Assembly (NCBI RefSeq): GCF_009914755.1
Contig: NC_060936.1
Length of the DNA: 64,000 bases
Direction: 5' to 3' (one strand)
DNA from: the human T2T-CHM13v2.0 reference genome, Homo sapiens
Positions within the stretch are counted from its first letter, which is position 1. Every line of letters begins with the position of its first letter. Made by a program: the position numbers and the translations under genes. Shown here in pieces: positions 43,348 through 57,112 of the stretch. The notes under the pieces are model-generated. The model searched no databases, was not told where the DNA came from, and saw only the letters and a program-made list of their open reading frames with translations.

Positions 43348-44741
43348 TCATTAATAGGGTATTAGTTAAATAAATTGTGGTATATCCATACATTACATTT
43401 AAAGTGATGTAACATATTCTTAAATCCATTGACATAAAAAGCTGACTAGAATATAGCCTCAAATTTAAAAAAATCTGATTACAAACACATACTCACAAAC
43501 ACACACAATTAAAAGATATTCACCAAAATCCAGTAATACAGTGGTTATTTATGATAGGTAAGAGTCCAAGTGGTTTTTAACGTTCTTATTTAATATTTTA
43601 TACTGATCAAATTGTCTAAAATGAGCATAGATGGATGTTACACTTTTGAAAATATTTTTTAAAACCTATTCCCTTCTTTCCAAAAAATATTATATAAAAT
43701 CTTAAATAGAACAGTTGCTCCAGGAAAATTCATGATGTTTATCCAAAGGCTTCTCTTCCTTCCCAGTATGTGACTTTGGGTCCAGAGAACCTTACAGAAG
43801 CAGGCTTTAGAAAGCTTCCTGGAGAAGATGAGAGAGGATTAGCAGTGTGCTACCTGTAGCAAAAAAAAAAAAAAAAAAAATTCCATTTGTAAATAATTAT
43901 CATTTTGTATGTTATTTATATATTTGCTCAGCTCTCTCTACTTATGTTTCCTGTATACTAGATATGTTTTTCTGTTTTGCTCTCACTAATTTTCTCCTGG
44001 GAAAGAACCAAACTGTAAGTTCCTTCATGTAGAATGCCAAGAGAGCACGGACATTTGAGCAATGCTTTTGACACTGCTAATGAAGATCAATATTTCAAGC
44101 ACTAATTAGTGCAACTAATGTTCTTGGTGTGATTGGAAGTATGCCTGAAAACAGTTGAAAAATTCCTGCTTGTAACATCTTTCTCATGGGAATTATACCT
44201 GAGACTGTGAGGTTCAATTCCGCAGTCATTTCTTTACCTATTAAGCAGCAGATACTATTGCAAAAATCAGAAGGCCAGTCATCAAGTTCATAGCCAAATG
44301 TAGGCTGAATTAAAGCTAAGCCTAACTGATCAATATTTAACATCTGGTCATTCCCTAGTCCTTCCAGAAGAAAGACAGATGCTAACAAAAGGCTTTTTAG
44401 CTCTATTTTTCACATGGATTAAAAAACCAAGGCTAGTTTCCACTTTCTAAGAGAGTAGAAAGAATCTTAGGAGGAGTTTCTCCCCATTTTAAAGATGGAG
44501 GCTGAGTCAGATTAGCTGTCTCTGATGGGTATCCTGAAGGGAATGTTTTCTATTAATATCTCCAAGAACCTAACTGATCTTCCTCAGAATGGCTCAGTCA
44601 CGAGTTTATACAAAGAGTACTCATTAGGGCCATATCAGGACAGCAGCTTAACCAAGCATGGATGTCAAGGCGGCAGAAGTAGCTTCATTTCCTTGCAATC
44701 CTCCTAGGTAGTGACTAGAAATTGTTTTGAAAGACAAGCTT

Positions 44742-45184
<443 letters not shown>

Positions 45185-45190
45185 TCACTG

Positions 45191-45192
<2 letters not shown>

Positions 45193-45234
<42 letters not shown>
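45193..45234. repeat. (GT)21 microsatellite
   Basis: Perfect GT run. Confidence 0.97.
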
Positions 45235-45237
<3 letters not shown>

Positions 45238-45651
45238 CGTTAAGTTAACCACAAAACAAAAAATTACCGTTAAGCCATCCACAAAACAAAAAATGGTATT
45301 TTCTGTGACTCCATTTCTAGGAATGGATATGGACACTGTTGTTGGGTAGAGAGGCTATCAGGCCCTGTGCTGGCATGGAGCAGGGTCTCACAAGAGCTAC
45401 ACTATATCACCAAGTAGCAATAGATGTAGGTCATTTCAGATAACAAACAAGGAAGTCTAAGTTGGGTTTTTTGGGGATTTTTCCCTAAATTTCTAAAGGA
45501 GTCTCTACAAACTCCATTACTACTGCATCCATTGACAGATCTCCCTATCAGATATAAAGGCAGGGAAATGGTGCCAGAGCATGGCCTAAAAGCAGAAGCT
45601 GCCAGCACCCCGCCGGGGACAGAAGATGAGCTACAGGCCTGAATATGGGGC

Positions 45652-46074
45652 TGTCTTAGTCAATTTGTGTTGCTATAAAAGGAATATCTGAGGCTGGGTA
45701 GTTTATAAAGAAAAGGAGTTCATTTGGCTCATGGTTCTACAGGCTGTATAGGAAGCATGGTGATAACATCTGCTTCTGACAAGGGCCTCAGGAAGCTTCT
45801 ACTCATGGGGGATGGTGAAGGGGAGCCGCATATACAGATCACAAGTTGGGAGAGGTGGCAGAGAGTGTGGAGGAGGTGCCAGGCTCTTTTCAACAATCAG
45901 TTCTCACAGGAACTAACAGCAAGAACTCACTCTTGCAAGAATGGCACCAAGCCATTTATGAGGGATCCACCCCCTGACTTGAACACCTCCCACCAGGCCC
46001 CACCTCCAACACTGGGGAGTAAATTTCAACATGAGACTTGGAGGGGACAAACAAACCATATCCAAACCATAGCA
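45652..46074 (-). mobile_element. MSTB-like MaLR solo LTR
   Basis: TGTCTTAGTC...TCCAAACCATAGCA; perfect 5-bp TSD GGGGC. Confidence 0.9.
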
Positions 46075-46597
46075 GGGGCACAGGTCTCCAGATCTGGGAT
46101 TAAAACTCTCCTTTGGAGGATTTCACTTAGCCCCTTCCATTTTTTTTTCCAAATACTTAACCACATCCTAGTGTTCGTGACTCAACCAATGCTCCATGCT
46201 CATGGAAAGCTGCTAAAATGGGAGCCTGTACAAACAGGAGTTGTCCTGTTCATTCTCACAGCACCGTCCATTCAATCTCTGGAGTACCCAACCTGGCAGA
46301 GAAACCTCCCTCCTCATACAACCACAGAATAAGAATCAAAATGGAATATTTCCAACTCCTATCTCATCTTCTTCATACCTTTTCTAGTCCAAGCTGAATT
46401 CCCATCTCCATTTTCATAGATGGTGGATTCTCATTCTTCCCCCTCACCTTCTTCAAGTATGTTTTGTGAAATAACATGGAATAGGTTAGGATCTTGTTAG
46501 TGGTGCAGTGCTGGTAGAAGAGGCCAATTCCTTCATAAAAGGTAAGGACAAAAGAAAGCCAAAATCAAAAAGTCTAGGAATTAGAATTCTAGGCCTA

Positions 46598-47085
46598 TGT
46601 GGTCTGATATGGTAGCCACTAGCCACATGTGGCTACTGAGCACTTGAGATGTGCCACATGCAACTGAAGGGCTGGATTATTTCATTTAATTTTAATTAAT
46701 ATAAACAAATTTAAAAACTGATCATTTGATTTTATTGTTGGAAAGCTGAGTATGTATATAACAACGTAGGCTTGTAAATCTATTTCCTCAACCAAAACGT
46801 TATGAAATCTAAATACACACTGAATATTTCCAATGAAAATGTAGTGTTTGCATGTAGATGTGCAATACACATAAAATATAACCAGAGTTGGAAGACTTAG
46901 TAGGAAAAAATGTAAAATATCTTATCGTTGATTTTTCATATTGACACACGCTGAAATGATATTTTAGATATACTGTGTTAAATAAAATATATCATTACAA
47001 TTACTTTCACCTGTTTCTTTATATTGATTTTTTTTTAAACGTGGCTCACGGAAAATTTTTAATTACATATTATATTTCCATTGGT
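46598..47085. mobile_element. Charlie1-family hAT deletion derivative
   Basis: ATATGGTAGCCACTAGCCACATGTGGCTACTGAGCACTTG terminus; TTTCACCTGTTTCTTT...ATATTTCCATTGG at the other end. Confidence 0.75.
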
Positions 47086-47499
47086 TCTCCACTGTAAACG
47101 TTTAATGTTACTGGGGATACTGCTGGAGAGGGACTACCCTAGCCCAGAGCTTCATTCATCACTCACCCTCTCCTACTGCTAGAAAGTCACTCCAGGCCGT
47201 TTTCCAACCCTCTCTTTCCTCATTGCTGTTTTAATGTTATTAACTTTGGTGAATACTGACCTCCCCTCACCCTTACCCTCTTCCAGCATTCTCCCCTCCT
47301 CGGGCCTACTCCACTCTTCTCTCTTCCATCCGGCTTTTGAAAATCCATCTTCTACTACGAATAAGCTTCCTCTTCGCTCCCCATTCCCCAGGCTCTTTCC
47401 TTCACACCACCTTCTCTGAGTCTTTCTAACCATCCCTGTCTGTTTAAACTGCTCCGTTAGAGGCCAAGTTTTGTTTCCTGCGCCCTTTCTCAGTGTCCC

Positions 47500-47800
47500 T
47501 GTACCTCCGGTTGGATTTCTAGGAAACAGACTCTGCACAGAGATGGAGATGGTATGTGGGAGGTCTCCTGGGACGTGCTCTTGGGAACAACACCTTGAGA
47601 GAGTGAGGGAAACAGGATTCGGCAGAGAATGAACTTTAACTGTGCTGCTTTCCACAGAGGCCTCGGCGGATCCCTTGGGAAGCTATGGAGCTGGGGTGGC
47701 CCTTCAGGGCCCTCCGTAATGGAAGCAAAGAGGTGAACCTTTGTATCTCCCCATCAACCAATTGGATCCGAGATACAGATGCCCCGCCCCAAGGAGTGGC
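47500..47800 (-). mobile_element. LTR16-like ERVL LTR remnant
   Basis: GGAAACAGACTCTG...GGAACAACACC...CAGAGGCCTCGGCGGATCCC...GGAGCTGGGGTGGCCCTTCAG. Confidence 0.65.
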
Positions 47801-48919
47801 AACCTGGTTTATATAAGCCACCACTCAAATAGTTATCTTGAACTAGCCCAGAGATCTCCTTCTTTCTAAATCTAAACCTATTTTCTTGGGCGCCCTCCTC
47901 CGTGGTGTCCCTGCAGCCCGGGCCCCGGCCCCCATTGAACCTCCCTCTTCTCCTGAGTCCTGACACCCCGCACAGTCCTGACCTTCCCTTATGGTTTCTC
48001 CTGATAGTTTCCGTTCCTTTCATGGGCTCCTTCTCGGTAGACCTAGATTCTGTCTTCAGCCCTGTTCTCTGTACCTTTTCTACCCTCTCCCTCCACCTCT
48101 TGTGTCGGCCCAACTTCTTTCCAGATGATTCCAAAATTGACATCCCTTGCCTCAGCCTCTCCTATGAACTCCAGAATCACCCTTCCAATTGCATTTGCTG
48201 GATATCTGCCCCTGGAAGAAGGTGGCCTGCTTCTCCAATCCAACTTGCTCCACACTAAACTCAGTCACATCACTCCAGGTTCTCCTCCAGACTTCCACAA
48301 TGTTACAGCCCCAGTGTGCTCCTCCTACACCACACAGTCTGTAGACTCTCCTTTGCTGCAGCTTCCGCATTCATCCCCCAGTTAAGGTCTTCATCTCACG
48401 GGACTATTGGAATCATCTCCTTCCTGTGTGGCCCCCCGCGAAGCCCTTCTCAGCAGCCAGCTGGGGTATTTAGAACGTTGGTGCTCCCGGTACAGTGGCT
48501 TTGTCAGCGTCCCCTGCCTCCAGTGGCTTCCCTGATCTAGCAACCTGGTAAATGGGTAATCTTCCTCACTGCAGCTAAGTTTCAAAAGAACACGGTTGGA
48601 TAAGCACAAGGCCCTTGTTACTTTGGGAAATAGATAATCCATGCCCCACTGTTAGGGCCAGTCCCGTTAGGGCCAGCTTTGCACCTTCACAGGGACTCAG
48701 CAGGAACAGATGGGCTCTACTCTCTGTTATTCCTTTTTGCTTCAGATTAGAGAGACCTTGATTCTCCCCGGGGCCCAGGAAATGTAAAGCTGATGCTCCA
48801 CAGGACTCTAAGAGGGACACGGCAGTGATGGGGGCTGGTGAGGAAGGGGGATGGAGAACCTCTCTCTTATCAGACAGGCTTGTCCCTAGGGTCCCTGGAA
48901 ACCCCCAAAGGCCAACCTC

Positions 48920-49760
48920 TCCCAGGGGCCGACAAACGTAAAGGGCAGGGAGACCTAAGCGGGGAGCTGCGGAGCGCGGGGAGTTTGAAAGCCGCTCCAC
49001 CGCCCTACTAGTCCGTCCTTTTGCCCCGCCCCCCTTAGGGATCCCCCCGGCAACCGCACAGCTGCCTCGGACTCTGACTTAATTCCCTCCGCGTGCTCTG
49101 AATCGCAGAGAGGCAAACCCCCAAACAAAGAGCCGGCAGCTCGCGTGCGGGGCTCCCGGGCGCGTCCTGCCGGCTGGGCTGGGAGAGCCGGCGCCGGGGC
49201 GTCACGGCCGAGCGCTGGGCAGGCGGGGACTAGAGGGCCGGCAGGAAGCCTCCGTGGGCGCAGGGGCGCGGGCCGGGCTGCCCGCACGCTGACCTTCCCG
49301 GGCTGGGAGGGAGGAGCGCTGGCTGCGGGCGGTGGGCGGCTGGGCGGCCCCGGGAGCCGCCGCTCTCAGTCTCTCTAGGCGCAGCTCCCTTCGCCGCTTC
49401 CGGAGCCCCTGGCAGGGTAAGTGCAGAAGCGCGCCCGAGGAGTGGGGGCGCCGCGGGAGGGGGCTGGGGGTCCAGGAGAGGCGCCTCCACCTCCGCTGCC
49501 CGCCCCGCCGGCAGTCCCGAGCTAGACTGTCCCGAGCTTCCCCCGGGCGGGCAGAGGGAAGCCGGCTGGGGATGAGGAGTGGAGGAGGCAGGAATGCCTG
49601 GGACACTCGCGGGGCATGTGAGCAGGTATTGGTGTCTGCATGGGACACGCAACACGGTGTCCATAACTATGCGCATGAGTCTGCCTTTCTGCACTTGTGC
49701 CTTGGGAGAGAGCTCTGGGCCTCTGAGGGCCTCGTGCCGTCCAGCGTGCCCGGGGCATGT
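48920..49760. promoter_or_regulatory. CpG island promoter
   Basis: Abrupt high GC and CpG density against CpG-poor flanks; GC boxes (CCCCGCCCCC 49024, GGCGGGG 49222, GGGCGG x3 at 49327-49347); ETS-like GCTTCCGG 49396; NRF1-like TGCGCATG 49670. Confidence 0.93.
49368..49416 (+). other. Probable non-coding first exon of an unidentified + strand gene (TSS approximate)
   Basis: Inr-like TCAGTCT at 49366-49372 just downstream of GC boxes; no ATG; consensus donor AGG|GTAAGT with GT at 49417-49418; G-runs follow. Confidence 0.7.
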
Positions 49761-52700
49761 CTGTTCCTCTTGAAAATGTCATTCTTTGTCCACCCTGAAT
49801 TCGAGTAGCTGCCTCTCATGGCTACACCAAAATGCTGTATCTGGTGCACATTGCTTTCAGAGGGCCTGTCTGCCTGTGCAGGGATGTCCTCATGTTCTGG
49901 GCACGTCTGTGTATTTGTGACAACATGGCTGTGTAGGCCCTGTCACCTGTGTTTTCGTGCCCATCCCTGCATGTGCAGTTGGCCGGCTCCGTGTGGAAAG
50001 AAGGCATGGAAGGTTCTGGGGTGTATCCTTTTCACCAGCCATATGTGCAGTGTGCACATGTGTGAATTGGTGGAAAGTATGAAAGGGAGGCAGCCCAGTT
50101 GGGCTTGGCGGGACAGCATCTTAACTTGAGTCTAAGCTGCTGTGTGCAGGAGGAATAAGTGTTCCAGAGGTCTCCAGTTCGTGGCAAGTATTGTGAGGTG
50201 AGCGTGGGGGTGGGGGGTGAGGAGAAGAGGCAGCTTCTGGAAAAACTCATAAGTGCACTCTGGGGCATAGGGTGTGTGTGGGGGAGCGTGAAGAAGAGAA
50301 TGAGGGTGGTATTAGGCCAAAGTGGATAGTCTGTGTTCAATTTGTGGGCAGCTGGATTGCAGTGGAAAGCAGCAGTTAGAGGCTGGAGACAGGTTTGAAT
50401 CAGAACTTAATGGTTGTCACTGTGTCAGTAGCATTGTTCCCTGGACAGATAGGTCATCTGGGGCTCAGTTGCTTTTTGTGCAAAATGGGACTAATAACCA
50501 CTGGCCCCATCTGTCTCCCAAGGGACTGGAGGCTCCAATTAATGCCTGGAAATGCTTTGATGATAGTTAAGACTCCTAGGGTAAGGGGCACTACTGGCCT
50601 ACAGGGGCCAAGTTGGTGGTCTGGCGAGGGCTTAGGTGGCCCAGAGCTGTTTGGTTTGTGGGTAGCAGAGGGAGGCATTTGTGTGCTGTTTCCCACTATA
50701 TTCAGCATAGCAGGAATTTTATACCCACCTTTGGACTCGTGTGTAAAATATGTACAGGCCTGTGTGATTCCCCATAGTTCTTGTGTGAGTGCTGCAGAAC
50801 AAGAGGAAAACTGGCATTGATGTCTTTAAGTCTGCCTAGAGCACCTTGACTTTCCAGAGAGCCTTTCTTCAGATGAGCCCAGGACATTTATAACCACCAA
50901 CTTGCTTTTCTTTTTATGCCGCCAAATGAAGCAGTAAGGAGCACCCTTCACAGTTTGTAGCCAGGGAGATAGGAGATGAAGAAGCTTTCCCAGCCAAGGT
51001 CACAGGCCTGGGGTGTCCACCACCAAGTTCTATCTCTTGGGTTACAGTGCCTTCAGACCCAGGGCCAACGCTGGACTGGGCTGAAGAAGGAGGGAGGCAT
51101 CAAAAGTCATGCACAGACGGCACCGAATTCCAGGATGTAGTTGGGTGGTTTGTCCACCCTCGGATGTCACCTGTCACTGAGACTTCTTTGTATGTGATAG
51201 CTGTTTAGTAGTGTTTGTAAAAGGAAAGATCCTTGGATGGGAGATGCCGGCAACCCAGGTCAGGTCCCGGCTCAGCTCCCTGCCTGGGGAAGGTCACATC
51301 ACCTCTCTGGGTCTGCTTCTTCTTTGGTCCAAATCAGGGCATCTTTCCAGATTATCATTCTGTTTTCAACTGTGTTTTGCTTCCTCAGAGAGGCCTTTCC
51401 TGATCCCCCATCTAAAGTAGCCACCTCCCAGCCATGATCACATCATTGTTCCTTCCTAGCACTTGCGACCTGTCTGAACTTAGCTTTGCCACATCCTACT
51501 ACAATGTGAGCTCACCAAAAGCGGGACTGCCTTTGTGCCGTTGCCTGCTGGCTCCACCTGCAACACAGTAGGTGCTCAAGAGATATTATTGTTTGTGAAT
51601 GAGTGAGTGAGTGAATAAATTAGTAAGGGGATGTGCATATGTGTTTTTCAAATTGTCCTCCCAGGAGCTCTGGAAGGGAAGAGCAGGCTCCACTGGCAGG
51701 GCGCCAGGTCCCTCACACCAGCAGCTCGGGGTCAATCTAAGTTACATGTCAGCTTTCAGATAGGATCTCCTTTGAAGAAAAGCCTCTCTCACTAAAATAA
51801 AACTAGAAAACCGTTGCACCAGAAGACTTAGAGGGGTCTTTTCAACTCCAAGTAGAAATAATAGTACCGCAACTGGAAGAAATCCGCACTTGACCCTCAA
51901 CGAGGATTATAGGCAGGATTCAGACATACAAAGTGGTTATTCCACAAACCATTTCTGCTTGGCCATGGAATTCATCCTATGGCTATTTTTATGCTACTGG
52001 TTTAATTTCTTGAATTTTGGTCAGAGTTAATATGGAAATGATTTTGCTTACAACACAGCAACAAGGGCTATGTGAGAACTCGAACCCATCTATATCTGAG
52101 ACAGGCACCAGACGGAGGACACGAAACATCTGCAAGGTGGACAAGCTGTGCGCAGATATTTGAGAGCTACCTATCTAGGGTGACTCTGTCTGTTATCGTC
52201 CTCTATTGGGGGTGTTCCCAGGCATACTTGCCCAGATGTGCCTCACCCCCAGTAGATGTCCACTCAGCAATGTTTTTCTTGAGTAGTTGGCAGTGCTGAG
52301 GAACTCTGGTCTCTGAGTGATTACTGAGCGTAGACGACAGCCACGTGATGAAACCTGGCTATATTTACATGTGATGACCCTGATCTGTATTTACAGCAGC
52401 CATGTTTCCTGGGGTTTCCAAGCTCTCCTCCACGTAAAATAGTCTCTTGTGCTGCCTTTTCCTAGAAATATACTTGGAAGTGGCAGCACAGCTGCTGTGT
52501 CCAACACCATGTCCAGGTTTGGGGCTCAGAATCTAGATTTACCACCCTTTTCTAAGCCCCATAGGGGGAGCATTAATGACCGTGCCCATGATAGAGGAGG
52601 TGGTGGTGTTCTGTTTGGTTGGTTTAGGTGGGTTGTTGAGGACGGAGACTGTGGAGAGAAGGGTCGGGAGTAGAGAACTGGACCCTCTGTTCATTCCATT

Positions 52701-54149
52701 GATACTGCCCTTGCTTCGTGTAGATGCCCTGCTCTTGCTGACTCTGGTGGGTTTCTGGGCTCATAGGTTTATACTCACAAGATGGCACTCCACAGGGTAG
52801 AGGGAGTTGGGAAGGGGGCAGCAAATATACACTGTACATGTATGTTTTCCAAGTGCCTGCTGTGAGCTTTGAACCTCCAGGCTATGAGACATGCATTAAG
52901 GACCCAGCCCCCGACCTCTGAGCACTCATTGTTGAGGACATTAAACTCATTCCCAGGAAGGGATGAGAAAACAGCTGAGTGCAGACTAAGTGGCACTCAC
53001 CCAAGCCCCAGCTGGAGCTGCGAGAAGGAAAGGTGTGCAGAGAGGGCAGGCAGAGGCAGCCAGCAGCAAGGGTGGCCGGAGAGCCCAGCTCTAGGGCCAG
53101 ATGGTTCAGGCACAGATCCTGGCTCTGCCCCTTCCTCTCCGTGTGACCTTCCGTGTGTTATGTGACCTTGCTAAGCTTCAATTTCCTCATCTGTAAATCG
53201 AGGAAATGACCTCAACTCGTAGCAGGGTGCATGGATGCCTGCCTAAGCTGAACTCAGAAGAGGGGTACGGAGCGCCCAGGTATCTGATGACCACAGTGAA
53301 GGAATTTGAAAAAGGTCTTATGGCAAGGAGAGGGCTTGAAGAGTGGTGACTACTGTGGGACCTTGTCTAATGCTGGTCTCCCCTGTAGTAGTCAGGGGGT
53401 CTGTGGCGTCGGGCTGGGTAGGCCCCAGGCCAGTCAAGCACTCCCTTTCTCCCTGGGATGCTTTTCCAACTGGCCATGCGACTTCCACTCACAACTATGG
53501 AGGGGGAAGTGGCTGCATCCTGGCAGCCTCACCCTCCCTCTCTCACTGCCCTGCACACATACAAGCACATGGCCCTGCTTAGAGGCTTAAGGATTTTTGC
53601 TGTAAAATACCAAGAATTGAGGATGTTACAGAGGTTCAGGAAATGAGAATTGCTCTGGTGGTCCCCTGGTCTGTGTTGAAAGGGAGTAGGGGACCCTCCT
53701 TGATGGTAGTGTGGGATAAACCCCCCAGTGGTTCTCAGCCCTATCCTGGCTTAGGCATTCATTTTTTTTTTAATATGTACTTCGTGTTTTGAAAGGGTTT
53801 TGTCAGCCAAACTTCAATATAAATGAGAATGTGTTTCTCTATCTTAAAAAGATTAATAATCAAAGACCCTATAACTGATAGTTTGATTCCTTTCTGCTTG
53901 ATACATATCAGTTGAGGTCACTTGCTAGCAGATTCTAGTGTGTTTAAAAAGCTCAGAAGAAAAAAGGACAAAGGACAGAAGCAGACTGGTGTTGTCTGGT
54001 TTGTCTGAGGTCTGGCACAGTTAGCAAACATTTAATCACATAGCTGGTGTGGTAGCTTGACTGAAGCCTTTTGGTCAGGTAGAAATTCAGGTTTCTATGA
54101 GCGTTCTTGAAATGCGGTAAAGAGATTTCTCTCCCAGAGCTGCCTTTTA

Positions 54150-54546
<397 letters not shown>

Positions 54547-54701
54547 CTACTTGAGAATACAATTGTTTATTGACTTTTTATCCCTAGCAACGAGTGCAAA
54601 GCTTGGCAAACAGTAGGAATTCAATAAATGTTCATTGAATGGACATTTCAGGAAGGAGCTCATGAGTCATCACCGAGACTGTGCCTCAGGGAGACTCAAC
54701 C

Positions 54702-55080
54702 AGAGCCAGATAGGTAATTTGTGGGACCCAGTGCAAAATGAAAACATGGAACCCTAGCTCAAAATGCAGGAAAAGATACCATTAAAGTTATCTTTATACC
54801 TTTATAAATATAAGCCCTTTCCTTTTTTCCATGGTCTTTCTCTCAACTTGTCATGTGGTATTTTTATCTACTATTTAATGATATTCTAAGTAAAGAAAAA
54901 TTAAAATTTTAAATTATTAGTATGAATTTTACTGTTCATCCTTATATTGTGCAATGCCAGTTTAAAAGACTCTGAGCATTTAACGTGTGTAGAATCACCA
55001 AACTACACAATTCCGATTTCATAGTGCATATATGCACGTGTATTTTGTTCTTACCAGAGCAGTGTCATTGCTGCTCTCAA
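54702..55080 (-). mobile_element. MER45B-like hAT fragment
   Basis: CAGAGCCAGA...TAATTTGTGGGACCCAGTGCAAAATGAAAA terminus. Confidence 0.6.
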
Positions 55081-55873
55081 CTACTCATCAATGCACTCAA
55101 CATCGCTAACTCAACTGTTTTTATTCCTCTAGTAGCATCCCTGGGGCTCACTAGGTCTCTGCGACTGTGCTGGGCATATGGTCCTTCTCTCGAGAGTTGA
55201 TAATTCAGGACTTGTCTGTGCCTACCCAAAAAAGAAGGAAGGGTTGAACATCAGTGATTCATACCCTGTTTGTGTGAGGGAGTCACAAACTCCTTTGGAG
55301 ATCTACTAAAACCTATGGAACCGCAGCACATAGATGGTAAAAATGCTTTATACAATTTCAGGGGCCCCCAAGTTACAACTCCATGGAAGGAACTGTCTTT
55401 TAGGCTTACTGCTACGCCATGGTATCCTGTTTCGGAGACAAGATAGGGACTATTTTGAAAGCAAATGAGAAATTGTTCAAATCCTCCTATCTGGGAAAGG
55501 AGATGAGATTTTAAGTCATTTGGCTTTTTAAATTCAATTCCTGATGCCTGGAAGGGAATGACGCTGCCTTTCTGATTCCCAGTGGGCAGGTTGTAAATGT
55601 CCTTAAGCATGAAATGACGTGGTCCACAATGAAGGCTTTTGTGGGAGAGCCCCTCTTTCCACCCCATAGGCTAGACTCTCCTCCAGCCTGACTGACCCCT
55701 GCCAGAGCCGCAGGATGACAAACTGCCACCATCCCCTTGCTGGGCTGCAGCTGCTGCTCTAGTGGGGAGAGGCAGCTGCACATCCAACCAACACTGACTG
55801 AATTCAGGCACAGGCTGGGGCATCACAGTCACTCTCTGGGTGATCCTTGTCCTCTAATTTAACTGGGCAGAGG

Positions 55874-56077
55874 AGGACACTGGCTCAGGTAGGTTAGGTG
55901 ACCTGCACAAGGTCCCCCAGCCAGTAAGAGTGACATTAATCTTCCCTCCATGTATGTGACAGCCAACCCCCAAACCAGGACACTGGCTCAGATAGGTTAG
56001 GTGACCTGCCCAAGGTCCTGCAGCCAGTAAGACATTAATCTTCCCTCCATGTATGTGACAGCCCAACCCCTAAACCA
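55874..56077. repeat. Two-copy ~103-bp tandem duplication
   Basis: AGGACACTGGCTCAG...AAACC at 55874-55976 and 55977-56077, with a few substitutions and small indels. Confidence 0.95.
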
Positions 56078-57013
56078 AACATCAGAGAACCAGGCTCACA
56101 TTTATGTTCCCCCTTCCAGCTCCTTCCTCTCAGCACTGGGGATGGGGAAGGGGAGGAAAGCCACCCCCTACCTCTGCCCAGGATGGTGCAGGAGCCGCTC
56201 CACTGAAGACCTCTCCCTGAAGCTCATGGGTGTCCTCTGCAGCATCCAACCAGAGTCATTGCCCATCCAGCTCTCAGAAATTGTCAGGTCAAGCAAACAG
56301 TGGTTGCAGCTCTAGTGGCTGCAGCTCTAGTGGCTGCAGCTGTGGACCTAGGAGGGGCTGCTCTGGGGACCCTGTCCAGTGGAAGGGACAGCAGTGTTGT
56401 TGAGGCCCCTATGTCTTAGACTCTGGGTCTCCTGTGTCAAGCCTGATGGTGAGCTCTTGGTTCAGATTGAGTTGGGATCATTGTTGATTTGAGGCCTAGA
56501 ATGCTTCCCATGTCCTCTAGACAGCCATGAGGAGCCATGTTCTATACCCCTTCCCTTCACACCTACACACAGCAGTGAACACACACCAGGGCCCCCATAA
56601 GTAGAGATGCCTATGGGCCTCTAGCTCCAGTCTCAGTCCTAAATCCAAACCTGGGAGTCCCCAGAACCTGGAGGTGTCATCCACTTTGGCCCGGCTCTCT
56701 GGGGGACTGTGGATGCTGGCTTTCAGAGTCATGATTACCCAACTCTCTAGCCTTCTCAAATTTCTGCAAGGCACTAACCCCCAGCTGTTGGGTGGGCCAG
56801 GCCCAGGTGGACAGGGGTGACCGGGAAGACCCACTTCAGATGTTTCTGTCTTGGCCCCATGCCTGAGGGGCAGAGCACAGCCAACCAGAGAGGACTCCTG
56901 CTCTGCACCTGCTGGAATTGGCAGCCATGTCTGCCTTGTTGTGGTCACATGGACTCAGATCCCAGGGCCTGGATACAGGCTCCAAAAAGTCCATCCAGGC
57001 TCAGCTTCTCTGG

Positions 57014-57112
57014 CGTCTTAGTCCATTCTCACGCTGCTGATAAAGACATACCTGAGACTGGGAAGGAAAAGAGGTTTAATTGGACTTACAGTTCCACATG
57101 GCTGGGGAGGCT
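57014..57112 (-). mobile_element. Truncated THE1 LTR fragment
   Basis: TTAGTCCATTCTCACGCTGCTGATAAAGACATACCTGAGACTGGG...GGCTGGGGAGGC, then similarity stops. Confidence 0.85.

Noticed and set aside
43861-43880. Isolated A20 tract as a processed pseudogene tail
   Set aside because: No upstream mRNA-like body, poly(A) signal or TSD visible.
45724-46332. 202-aa ORF
   Set aside because: Starts at TTG and lies mostly in the antisense strand of an MST LTR; no recognisable domain.
49368-49416. Assigning a gene symbol to the promoter
   Set aside because: No coding sequence is in the window and I do not reliably recognise the exon; a BLAT search is needed.
48955-49849. Several overlapping 60-158 aa ORFs in the CpG island
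   Set aside because: Expected from stop-codon scarcity in GC-rich DNA; they occur on both strands, mostly use non-ATG starts and have low-complexity R/P/A/G content.
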